Source: Candidatus Moranbacteria bacterium GW2011_GWE2_35_2-
GTDB lineage: Bacteria > Patescibacteriota > Minisyncoccia > Moranbacterales > UBA9337
Assembly: GCA_000990585.1 (NCBI GenBank)
Contig: LBQD01000004.1
Span: 41,707 to 105,706, forward strand
Direction: 5' to 3'
DNA length: 64,000 bases
Within the stretch, counting starts at the first letter, position 1. Each line of letters opens with the position of its first letter. The position numbers were made by a program, and so were the translations under genes. The notes beneath the pieces were generated by a model. The model did not search any database and was not told the origin of the DNA. It worked only from the letters and a program-made list of their open reading frames with translations. Shown here in pieces: positions 43,977 through 52,510 of the stretch.

Positions 43977-45839
43977 ATGAAAACGGACAAGAAAAACAAA
44001 AAAATATTGGATAGCGTGGATTTTCCTTCTGATGTGCGGAAACTTTCGGCGGGGAAGTTGCCTTGGCTTTGCAGGGAGGTGCGGGATTTTTTGATTGAGA
44101 GTGTGGCGCAGAGTGGTGGGCATTTCGGGTCGAATTTGGGAGTGGTGGAACTTACGGTGGCGCTCCATCGGGTTTTTGATACTCCTCGTGATTTGTTAAT
44201 TTGGGACGTCGGACATCAAGCCTATCCGCACAAAATCTTAACTGGACGGAAAAAAAAACTATATACGATTCGCAAAAAAGACGGACTTGCTCCTTTTCCC
44301 AAAAGAGAAGAAAGCGAATATGATGTTCTTGGCGTCGGACATTCCAGCACTTCAATCAGCGCGGCACTTGGAATGGCACTGGCGAATAAAGGTAGAAAAA
44401 ATCCTCCGCAGGTGGTGGCGGTGATCGGCGACGGGGCGCTGGGAAGCGGGATGGCTTTTGAGGCGCTCAATCATGCCGGAGATGTCGGTGCGGATATGTT
44501 GGTGGTGCTTAATGATAACAAGATGTCGATTTCTCCCAATGTCGGCGGGATGGGAAAATATCTGACGCGTCTCATTTCTTCTCCCTCATATATCAATTTT
44601 CGCGAGCAGGGAAGAAAAATTTTGGATACTGTTCCGGCGATCGGAAAATTGGCGCGGCGCGTGGAGTCGCACGGAAAAGGATTGGTTACTCCTGGAACAT
44701 TTTTCGAAGAATTGGGATTTGATTATTACGGACCGATTGACGGGCATGATGTGGGCGAACTTGTCGAAGTGCTTTCCAATTTGAAAAAAATAAAAGGGCC
44801 GAAGATTTTGCATGTGATAACTAAAAAAGGGAAGGGGTATATTCCGGCGGAAGACGATGAATTTTCTTTGCACGCGGTCAAGCCGTTTGATCCGATTACG
44901 GGAAAAAAGAACGGAAGCGCAAAAAAGCAATTGAACTACACGGATGTTTTTTCGCAGTGGCTATGTGATAAAGCAAAAAAAGACAACAAATTGCATGCTA
45001 TTACTCCAGCGATGTGTTCCGGAAGCGGGTTGGTGGATTTTTGCAAAAAATTTCCCGCTCGTTATCATGATGTGGGAATCGCCGAACAGCATGCGGTCAC
45101 TTTGGCGGCGGGGATGGCTTGTCAAGGAAAAAAGCCGGTAGTGGCGATTTACTCTTCTTTTTTGCAGCGCGCTTTCGATCAAGTGATCCATGACGTGGCG
45201 CTTCAGAATCTGGATGTGCTTTTCGCGATTGACCGGGCGGGAATTGTCGGCGCGGACGGAGCGACGCATAATGGAAGTTTCGATCTTTCCTTTTTACGGA
45301 TGATTCCCGGCATGGTGATCATGGCTCCGTCTGACAAAAATGAATGTTATTCCATGCTTGAATCAGGATATGGATATTCCGGTATGGTGGCAGTAAGGTA
45401 TCCGCGCGGAGGAGGAGAGGATAAATTCAGTCCGAAAAAAGTCGAGGCGATAGAAATCGGAAAAGCGAAAATTGAAAGAAAAGGGAAAGAACTGGCTATT
45501 TTGTCTTTCGGGGCGCTTACGAGAAATTGCTTGAAAGCGGCTAGGGAAAACGGAGCCACTTTGGTGAATATGCGGTTCGTCAAACCTTTGGATGAAGAAT
45601 TGTTAAAAAATCTCGCAAAAACGCACAAGTATTTTATTACCGTTGAAGATAATACCGTCGTTGGCGGAGCGGGAAGCGCGGTGAATGAATTTGTTGTTAA
45701 TAATGGTTTGGATGTGAAAGTGAAAAACTTGGGACTGCCGGACAAGTTTCTCCAGCACGGAACTCGCGAAGAAATCCTCGCCGAAGCAGGACTGGATGAA
45801 GAGGGAATTTTGAAATCAATCAAGGAAATTATTTCTTAA
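43977..45839 (+). CDS. dxs: 1-deoxy-D-xylulose-5-phosphate synthase
   Basis: GGHFGSNLG, WDVGHQAY.HK, GDGA..LNDN, IAEQHA, DRAG and RYPRG motifs. Confidence 0.95.
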   Translation: MKTDKKNKKILDSVDFPSDVRKLSAGKLPWLCREVRDFLIESVAQSGGHFGSNLGVVELTVALHRVFDTPRDLLIWDVGHQAYPHKILTGRKKKLYTIRKKDGLAPFPKREESEYDVLGVGHSSTSISAALGMALANKGRKNPPQVVAVIGDGALGSGMAFEALNHAGDVGADMLVVLNDNKMSISPNVGGMGKYLTRLISSPSYINFREQGRKILDTVPAIGKLARRVESHGKGLVTPGTFFEELGFDYYGPIDGHDVGELVEVLSNLKKIKGPKILHVITKKGKGYIPAEDDEFSLHAVKPFDPITGKKNGSAKKQLNYTDVFSQWLCDKAKKDNKLHAITPAMCSGSGLVDFCKKFPARYHDVGIAEQHAVTLAAGMACQGKKPVVAIYSSFLQRAFDQVIHDVALQNLDVLFAIDRAGIVGADGATHNGSFDLSFLRMIPGMVIMAPSDKNECYSMLESGYGYSGMVAVRYPRGGGEDKFSPKKVEAIEIGKAKIERKGKELAILSFGALTRNCLKAARENGATLVNMRFVKPLDEELLKNLAKTHKYFITVEDNTVVGGAGSAVNEFVVNNGLDVKVKNLGLPDKFLQHGTREEILAEAGLDEEGILKSIKEIIS

Positions 45840-45966
45840 AAAAAAGAAGCGAAATTTGCAAATCGCACTCACTTTTATGCAATCGCATAAAAGTGAGTGA
45901 GTAAATTGTCAAGCGCAAAAAAAGCAACTCAATAAAAGTTGCTTTTTAAATTTGCATATAGGGTAT

Positions 45967-46365
45967 TTATTTCAAAAATCCAAAGTGTTTGAGGGTCGGG
46001 ATGATGTTGGGGGCGAGGTTTTCTTTTTCCAAATCTTCGAGTGGAATCCATTTCCACTCCCGGATGTCGGCGCCTGGAGAAATTTCCCCGATGCGTTTGG
46101 CAAGAAAATGCACCAGAATCACGTCGATTTTTCCCTTCGGAGTTTCTTTTTTCGTGTGAAGGAAAAAGGGTGTTTCGTTGATAATTTCAATTTCCAGACC
46201 CATTTCTTCTTTCACTTCCCGGCGGGCATTTTCAATAAGATCCGTTTCGAAGTCCTCGACTTTTCCGCCGCAGAATTTCCAAAATTCAGTGTCCCCATGT
46301 TGAGTTAAAAGAACTTTTCCATCCTCCACGATAACCGGACCGGATGCGATGATTATTTTTGGCAT
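45967..46365 (-). CDS. NUDIX hydrolase
   Basis: GGKVE...ARREVKEEMG Nudix box; AGGAG SD before ATG 46365. Confidence 0.88.
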   Translation of the reverse strand: MPKIIIASGPVIVEDGKVLLTQHGDTEFWKFCGGKVEDFETDLIENARREVKEEMGLEIEIINETPFFLHTKKETPKGKIDVILVHFLAKRIGEISPGADIREWKWIPLEDLEKENLAPNIIPTLKHFGFLK

Positions 46366-46754
46366 AATTTTTTCTCCTTTTGATTTGTTATGCATCAACT
46401 CTATCATTATCTTATACTTTTCGCCAGCTTATCATATTTCAAACACGTGACAATTCCCGCCAATTTATATTAAAAATTGTAACACAAAAAATAAAAAAAG
46501 TTGTCAAAAAGTTGCAATTGCGACAGGATGACAATAATTTTTGTATTATGCGGGAGTTGTTCGTGGAGATTGTAGGTGAATTTTTTTGGGAAATCAATAA
46601 GAATCCTTTATTTAAGCCAAAAAACAATATTAACGTTTGACAAAATGATAATTTGGTGATTCAATTGAATATCATTTCGAGAATGGTTTGAAGTGGTGGA
46701 AGTTTTCGGACTTCCTTGTTCTTAAAATTTTTTAGTTTTTTAGGGAGGTTTGTT

Positions 46755-47465
46755 ATGACGATACAAGTTGTCACAGACGAACAGTTGGGGAAATTGTCTC
46801 GAAGGATGCATGATCTTTTTGAGAGAGTGCGGACTGGAGGGGTTGAATTTCAGCAAACTTTGGATGGACTCCAATTGTTGGCTGAGAAAAAATCCGAAAC
46901 AGTCAGTCCGGATAATCCACATGGCAGGGAAATTGCCATGTGGCAAAATTTTTACAAAAAAGTTTTTGGGGAAACTGTGGATTTTTCCAATGTCCGTATC
47001 CCCGAAAAACTGGAAGGCGGGTGGTGGCTCATAATTCTGGCAAAAGGAATGACGCCGGAACGGCTGTTTCTGAAGTGTCAGAAAAAATTTATCATATGGA
47101 AATGGACGGATCAGAATTTGGACGAGATTATTACTTCTGACCGGACTGCCAAGGATGGGCATTATGCTATCTGGGTGCGAGCGAATGTTGAGGCGGATTT
47201 GGAGTTTAAAAACTTGAGCGCCAACGAGCTCAAGGAGATAAATCACCAGGGCATCACACTGGAAGAACGGCTCGTTCTCGAGTTGTTCTACTTCTGGAGA
47301 ATCAAGAAGCATTTAGACATCCAGAATTGGACGCTTTGTTCGGGTTCGCGCTATTCTGATGGTAGCGTTCCGGTTGCGGAATGGAACGAAGGCAAGATGG
47401 GGGTCTTTTGGTTCTATCCTTTCGATCGGGACGTCGGCCTTCGTTCTCGTCGAGTGGTTTCCTAA
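46755..47465 (+). CDS. Hypothetical protein with a C-terminal CLec-like, DGR-target-type domain
   Basis: Ends WTLCSGSRYSDGSVP..W....V.W..P......LRSR.VVS; GGAGG SD. Confidence 0.6.
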   Translation: MTIQVVTDEQLGKLSRRMHDLFERVRTGGVEFQQTLDGLQLLAEKKSETVSPDNPHGREIAMWQNFYKKVFGETVDFSNVRIPEKLEGGWWLIILAKGMTPERLFLKCQKKFIIWKWTDQNLDEIITSDRTAKDGHYAIWVRANVEADLEFKNLSANELKEINHQGITLEERLVLELFYFWRIKKHLDIQNWTLCSGSRYSDGSVPVAEWNEGKMGVFWFYPFDRDVGLRSRRVVS

Positions 47466-47526
47466 ATTTTGTTTCTTTTTTCTTTTAACCTTTTCCAATT
47501 CCAATTCCGAAAAAAGAAGGTGATGC

Positions 47527-47570
47527 AAATCCGCTTGCTGAAATTTCAGCACAGCGGATTTTATTTTTTT
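47527..47570 (+). terminator. Hairpin/terminator after the DGR-target-like gene
   Basis: AAATCCGCT TGCTGAAA/TTTCAGCA AGCGGATTT plus T tract. Confidence 0.7.
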
Positions 47571-47744
47571 CAAAAAAGCGTACAATAAAATTAGATTAAT
47601 TACAAAATGCTGAGGGATTGATTTCAGAAAAAGAATTCAATCAAAGCTTGCAGTCATATCTTGGGATTCTGAGGCATTGTGATGGTGATAAAATTGAAAG
47701 AAAAATAAAAAAGATAATAAGCTAGAATAATTTGATATCAATCT

Positions 47745-47847
47745 AAAAAATTGTCAAATTGACGCATATGCGATAATTTGACAAATTAAGAATGGGGGAG
47801 CAGTTAAATAAAAAAACAAGCTAGTCCTTAATAGAATCTCGTTTTTT
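47745..47847. repeat. About 100-bp dispersed repeat, copy 1 (palindrome plus terminator-like hairpin)
   Basis: Near-identical to 62426-62527. Confidence 0.85.
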
Positions 47848-47905
47848 ACTTGAAATTATTTTTTGCGGATAGTTCTTTGACTGCCTCGCAATTTTTTTCT
47901 TTTTT

Positions 47906-49552
47906 TTATTTCAAATTTTTTACCATATAGGTGTTTTGCAGGCGGTAGTTTTGTTTTCGGTAGTATCCGCGGACGCCTATGCCGGAAATGATGGCGATTT
48001 TTTTGGCGCCGAATTCTTTGCGGGCGATTTTTTCCGCTTCTTGGATCAGTTTTTTTCCCAGACCGATGTGCTGAGGGGAAGATTTGTCGTGTTGGTTTAT
48101 TTGCGCCAGTTTGCCATAAGTGTGGACTTCGCGGATGATGGCAGAGTTTTCTAACGCCGGAAGAAGTTTATATAGTCTATTTGTTTCTTTTGTTGTTTCT
48201 ATTTCTAAATTATTATATGGGAGGCGTAGGCGGAGGAGGGCAAAGAGTTTGTTTTTGTCTTCGGATACGAATTGCAAAAATATTTCTTTTCCGTCGGAAG
48301 CTCCATAATCAATGCGATCCAGAATAATATTTTCCTTGATATCATAATCCGCCCGCACTTCCCGGCAACGGATGCATCGACAGGCGGCTTTTTTGGCGAC
48401 GATTTGCCGCATATTGGAAATGATGGGCCCGGCTTCGATGGAGGGAGTGGGGACATCGCGAACCAGGCGCGCGATGCGGACGTAAGGCGGAATGATTTTA
48501 TTTTTTATTTCAATAATCAATTTTTCAAAATGTTTGTCAGTAAGGGGTTTGTAATTTCCCTTTTTCCAGACAGCATAAAGTTCACTATCTTTAATAACCA
48601 CGGTTGGATAAATTTTGAGCATATCAGGCTGGAAATCTTGATTGGTAAAAAGCTGGCGAAACATTTCAATATCTCTTTTGATTGTTGATCCGAGAAGTCC
48701 CGGCATTATGTGGTAGTTGATTTTAAATCCGGCGTCTTTGAGCAATTTCGTGGCGCGGATAGTTTCCGATATAGTATGTCCGCGTTTGTTGAGTTCCAGT
48801 ACATCGTCAAAAATGCTTTGCACCCCTAGTTCGACGCGGGTGCATCCGAGAAGGCGGAAATTGGCAATTTCTTTTTCATCAATATAATCCGGTCGGGTTT
48901 CCAAAGTGAGACCGATAATTCTGTGTTTCGTCTTTTCGTTACGTTTTTGTTCTTTGAATAATTTGTTATTGGGCGTATCTTTTTCTTGATTCTTGATTCT
49001 TAATTCATTATTCTTTCCCACGGAATATTCATTAGCGGCGCGAAAACACTCGGTGATGAATTTCTTTTGATATGTTTTTGGGAAATGAGAAAAAGTTCCG
49101 CCCATAACAATCAGTTCTATTTTGTCCGTCGAATGTCCGTTGAGTTCCAACGCTTTGAGCCGGCTTTGGACTTGGCGGTACGGGTTGAATTTGTTGGCGA
49201 TGGCGCGCATAACCGCCGGTTCGTTGGAGAGATAGCTTTTCGGCATATCTTTTTCAGTGGGGCAATAGAGGCATTTTCCCGGGCAATCGGACGGGCGGGT
49301 AAGAACGGCGACAACCGCCACGCCGGACGCCGTGCGCACGCCACGGGTCATAAGCGTTTTTTCAAAGCCGACGTTCCGCTGGATGATTTTTTCTTCGATC
49401 ATTTTTTCATAGCGCTGGCGCATATCGGCATTGGTCGGAATGGGCAGGCTGAATTGTTTGGAAAGTTTTTTCTTCAGTGTTAAAATATCCTCCGGACATC
49501 GCGGAAGGTTCTCAATTGCGGAGATTATGAAATTGTCGTAAGCTTGAAGCAT
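47906..49552 (-). CDS. elp3: Elp3 family tRNA U34 carboxymethyltransferase (radical SAM plus KAT domain)
   Basis: CPGKCLYC, MGGTF, ETRPD, LKIYP, RELH-like REVH.YG, QH.G.GK and ISG.GVR.YY motifs. Confidence 0.92.
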   Translation of the reverse strand: MLQAYDNFIISAIENLPRCPEDILTLKKKLSKQFSLPIPTNADMRQRYEKMIEEKIIQRNVGFEKTLMTRGVRTASGVAVVAVLTRPSDCPGKCLYCPTEKDMPKSYLSNEPAVMRAIANKFNPYRQVQSRLKALELNGHSTDKIELIVMGGTFSHFPKTYQKKFITECFRAANEYSVGKNNELRIKNQEKDTPNNKLFKEQKRNEKTKHRIIGLTLETRPDYIDEKEIANFRLLGCTRVELGVQSIFDDVLELNKRGHTISETIRATKLLKDAGFKINYHIMPGLLGSTIKRDIEMFRQLFTNQDFQPDMLKIYPTVVIKDSELYAVWKKGNYKPLTDKHFEKLIIEIKNKIIPPYVRIARLVRDVPTPSIEAGPIISNMRQIVAKKAACRCIRCREVRADYDIKENIILDRIDYGASDGKEIFLQFVSEDKNKLFALLRLRLPYNNLEIETTKETNRLYKLLPALENSAIIREVHTYGKLAQINQHDKSSPQHIGLGKKLIQEAEKIARKEFGAKKIAIISGIGVRGYYRKQNYRLQNTYMVKNLK

Positions 49553-49555
49553 AAT

Positions 49556-50362
49556 ATGAAAAAAGATATTATTGAAAAAATATTGCGCGAAACCGAAACT
49601 GGGTATGATTTAATTTCCGGAAAGTTTTCGGCAACTCGAAAGAAATTTTGGGGCTCTTTGGAGTTTATTGGAGACTATGCCAAAAGCGGAGATCGGGTTT
49701 TTGATTTCGGGTGCGGAAATGGACGACTTTTGGAACTTTTTGGCGGAAAAAATATCGAATATTTTGGCGCGGACGTGTCGGAAAAACTTTCGAAAGAAGG
49801 AAGAAAGAAATATGCCGGCGTTTTTCCGAACATTTCTTTTTCCAAACTTGATCCGCTTCAAACCAGTTTACCATTTAAATCCGATTATTTCAATACTGTT
49901 TACTCGATTGCGGTTTTTCATCATTTTCCGTCAAAAGAATACCGCTTGGAAATGGCGAAGGAGTTGTATCGGGTTTTGCAACCGGGAGGATATGCCATAA
50001 TCACGGTTTGGAATTTGTGGCCCACCTTTGCTTCGCTATGGCGAGGCAAGCAAAAAAAATACTACAAAAATATATTTGAAAATTGGAAAAACAAGATTTT
50101 GGGAAAAAGCGATTTAGATTGGAATGACTGTTGGGTTTCTTTTACGGATAATCAAGGAAAGGTTTTTAACCGTTACCACCACGTGTTCACTTTGCGGGAA
50201 TTGAAATTACTTTTTTTTAAAGCCGGATTTTCCGCATTGAAAGCAAAAAAAGTCGGGCATAATTTGGTGGTGATTTTGAGAAAACAGCCACGGGAGGGAA
50301 TGGAGGTTATTTTGGAGAATAAAAAAGCGCCGACTCCACTAGTGGTAGAATCGGCGGTCTGA
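49556..50362 (+). CDS. Class I SAM methyltransferase, Trm9/ALKBH8-like
   Basis: YD.I...FS.TR, DFGCGNGR, SIAVFHH, LQPGG...I.VW and RY.H.F...EL motifs. Confidence 0.75.
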   Translation: MKKDIIEKILRETETGYDLISGKFSATRKKFWGSLEFIGDYAKSGDRVFDFGCGNGRLLELFGGKNIEYFGADVSEKLSKEGRKKYAGVFPNISFSKLDPLQTSLPFKSDYFNTVYSIAVFHHFPSKEYRLEMAKELYRVLQPGGYAIITVWNLWPTFASLWRGKQKKYYKNIFENWKNKILGKSDLDWNDCWVSFTDNQGKVFNRYHHVFTLRELKLLFFKAGFSALKAKKVGHNLVVILRKQPREGMEVILENKKAPTPLVVESAV

Positions 50363-50379
50363 GCAGGATTTTTCCCGCT

Positions 50380-50589
50380 TTATTTTTTTCCATTATTGCC
50401 GAAGATTATGAAAAATTTCGGCAGTCCAAAAGAAATTTTCTGCCCCGTCTTGCAGGTGGGGCAGGTCATACGAAACTCTATTCTCGGAATCCATCCGAGA
50501 CGAGTATTCGGAAAATTGATCTTGCAATGTGTTTCAGTTATCGAAAAACTTTGGTTGCATTTTTTACAAAAAAGAGCTAGTTTTTCCAT
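50380..50589 (-). CDS. Small zinc-ribbon protein
   Basis: CKKC and CPTC; GGAGG SD; minus-strand TTGACA-17-TATCCT promoter. Confidence 0.65.
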   Translation of the reverse strand: MEKLALFCKKCNQSFSITETHCKINFPNTRLGWIPRIEFRMTCPTCKTGQKISFGLPKFFIIFGNNGKK

Positions 50590-50734
50590 TTTCCCCTCCG
50601 GGATTTTTAGTGGATTATAATTTTTTGATGATAGGTGCAGGATAATATATTTTATACGTAGTGTCAATGTAATGTGGGCTGGACAAAAAATATATTTTGA
50701 GTATAATGGGTAATGTTAGAAAAAGAAAACTTTA

Positions 50735-50830
50735 GCGGGCTTGCCTCGCCGGAGTGAAGCGTAGGCGGGTGTCGTATAGTGGCTATTACCACAGCCCCTC
50801 CACAGGCGGGCAGGCTTCCAAGTTGCTGAC
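50735..50830 (+). pseudogene. Degenerate 5' copy of tRNA-Gly interrupted by two small insertions
   Basis: 32 nt (50765-50796) identical to the tRNA 5' end; insertions at 50740-50769 and 50797-50815. Confidence 0.75.
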
Positions 50831-50862
50831 AGAAAAGATATTTCAAAATTTAATAAAAATAC

Positions 50863-50934
50863 GCGGGTGTCGTATAGTGGCTATTACCACAGCCTTCCAA
50901 GCTGTTGACGACGGTTCGATTCCGTTCACCCGCT
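50863..50934 (+). tRNA. tRNA-Gly(UCC), CCA not encoded
   Basis: Acceptor GCGGGTG/CACCCGC, anticodon arm ACAGC-CTTCCAA-GCTGT, TTCGATT T-loop, U73. Confidence 0.95.
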
Positions 50935-50946
50935 CAAAAAAATAAT

Positions 50947-51052
50947 GACGGTTCTCCCCCTAACAGGCGACAAGGATTCCGTTCACCCGCTCAAAAAAAT
51001 AATGACGGTTCTCCCCCCCCTAACAGGCGACAAGGATTCCGTTCACCCGCTC
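50947..51052 (+). repeat. Two tandem copies of the tRNA-Gly 3' end, each with a 20-23 nt T-loop insertion
   Basis: GACGGTTC[TCCCCC(CCC)TAACAGGCGACAAG]GATTCCGTTCACCCGCTC twice. Confidence 0.85.
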
Positions 51053-51057
51053 CGATG

Positions 51058-51101
51058 TAAAACTAAAAACCGCGCTTTTTGGAGCGCGGTTTTTAGTTTT
51101 T
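51058..51101. terminator. Bidirectional terminator between tRNA-Gly and the matrixin gene
   Basis: AAAACTAAAAACCGCGCT/AGCGCGGTTTTTAGTTTT inverted repeat. Confidence 0.8.
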
Positions 51102-52133
51102 GAGCAGATCTATGATTTTTGATAATTTCATTTCTTTCCACTGAGTGTTGATGAGGTAGTTTTTCAGTTTTTCGATTGGTGAGAATGTTTTCGGTTGGCA
51201 AACTGAATTGTAGGCGGCGATGTCTTCTTGTGTGAGTGAAGGGTTTTCAATATCTTGCTGGTCCATTAAGTAATACATAAGCGAAGCCGGATTATCTTTG
51301 ATATGTTCTTCGATTCCCAATGCGTGTCCCATTTCATGCGCCAGCACCAAGCGCAAATCTTCCTTTTCCTTGAATTCAAAAATAGTAATGCCTTGAAGTG
51401 GCGGATAATACAACCCTTGCACGAAAGGTTTCGCCTCGCCGTATTTTTCTTTGAAAGTTTCAATGACTTTATTGACGTTGGCGGTTTTGATGTTGAGTTT
51501 TTGTGCTAGATTGTTTAGTTTGTCGGCAGTATCGTTTACTGTTTGGCTGGCGATTTGAAGTTTTTTTTGCAATTTTTTCAGCGCATCCTCCTTGTCTTTT
51601 AGTTCCTCATACTCTTTGGTGGATGTCCGGTCGCTGGAATTCCAATCAGCCACAGCTTCGTTGTATTCATCTAATTTCTGGTTGAATTCTTTTTTCAGCA
51701 AATTAAATTGATTCATTTCTTTTTCGTATTGGTTTTTGAACATTTGGTAATCATTTTCCAATAATGTTGATTCTTTTTCATAGGTGCCGATATTTTTTTC
51801 CAAATCTTGCGCTTCATAGGTCATTTGTTGGCGCTGGTCGAATTCGGTTTTTATTTGAAACGAGGATTGTGGATCAAAAACGAACACGTCTTTGCCCAAA
51901 GCATTTTCCCAGATCTTTTCCGCTTCAAAAGCGGCTTGGCGGAATTGTTTGGTATCAAGAGGAAACCGACTGTCGATTTTTCCTAAGCTCCAATGGATTG
52001 GTGTGTCGCATCCTGGGTGATTGGGAGAAATATTAAAAAGATTGGGGAAGACGAAAAACGCCATACCAATGCCGATGGCGCCAAAAATGGCAATTATTGC
52101 AAGAAAAAAATATTTTTTCAAAAAATTTAACAT
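51093..52133 (-). CDS. Matrixin-like (M10) metalloprotease with an inserted coiled coil
   Basis: HEMGHALGIEEH and Met-turn SLM; N-terminal TM helix; start set at ATG 52133. Confidence 0.85.
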   Translation of the reverse strand: MLNFLKKYFFLAIIAIFGAIGIGMAFFVFPNLFNISPNHPGCDTPIHWSLGKIDSRFPLDTKQFRQAAFEAEKIWENALGKDVFVFDPQSSFQIKTEFDQRQQMTYEAQDLEKNIGTYEKESTLLENDYQMFKNQYEKEMNQFNLLKKEFNQKLDEYNEAVADWNSSDRTSTKEYEELKDKEDALKKLQKKLQIASQTVNDTADKLNNLAQKLNIKTANVNKVIETFKEKYGEAKPFVQGLYYPPLQGITIFEFKEKEDLRLVLAHEMGHALGIEEHIKDNPASLMYYLMDQQDIENPSLTQEDIAAYNSVCQPKTFSPIEKLKNYLINTQWKEMKLSKIIDLLKN

Positions 52134-52199
52134 AAAGAAATTATATTTTTTATACCACAAATTATTGTTTTTTGAAAGAATATGATGTATAATAATATT

Positions 52200-52493
52200 A
52201 TGGAAAACAAAAAAGAAAAACTTGAAAAAATAATTTTTGCCAGCGACTTGCCTGAACACGATAAGAAAAAATGGTTTGAATTTTTTGATGTTAACGCGCC
52301 GGAGGCGTGGGATGTGTATTTGGAAATATTTTCCGTTTTTCCTGAAGAAATCGGATGGTTTAACCAAATAATGAAAAGAAAAGTCGCTGCGATGATTTTG
52401 ATGAAAGAAGGCAATCAAAAAGGGGAACAAGAGATAAAAAATATTATTGAAGAAGAAAAGAAAAAAATAATTGAATTGGCGGAGAGAATATAA
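52200..52493 (+). CDS. Small helical hypothetical protein
   Basis: TATAAT 6 nt before ATG; charged helical sequence. Confidence 0.7.
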   Translation: MENKKEKLEKIIFASDLPEHDKKKWFEFFDVNAPEAWDVYLEIFSVFPEEIGWFNQIMKRKVAAMILMKEGNQKGEQEIKNIIEEEKKKIIELAERI

Positions 52494-52510
52494 TTTGATT
52501 TGTAATCATT

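Noticed and set aside
46410-47900. DGR template repeat or reverse transcriptase adjacent to the target-like gene
   Set aside because: No AAC-rich second copy of the variable region and no RT motifs were seen in the flanks or elsewhere in the window.
50735-51052. CRISPR array, prophage or integrated island at tRNA-Gly
   Set aside because: The repeats are tRNA fragments with near-identical intervening sequence; no integrase or phage genes lie nearby.
52134-52430. N-terminal extension of the matrixin ORF given in the track
   Set aside because: It is antisense to gene 52200..52493; ATG 52133 precedes a proper membrane anchor.
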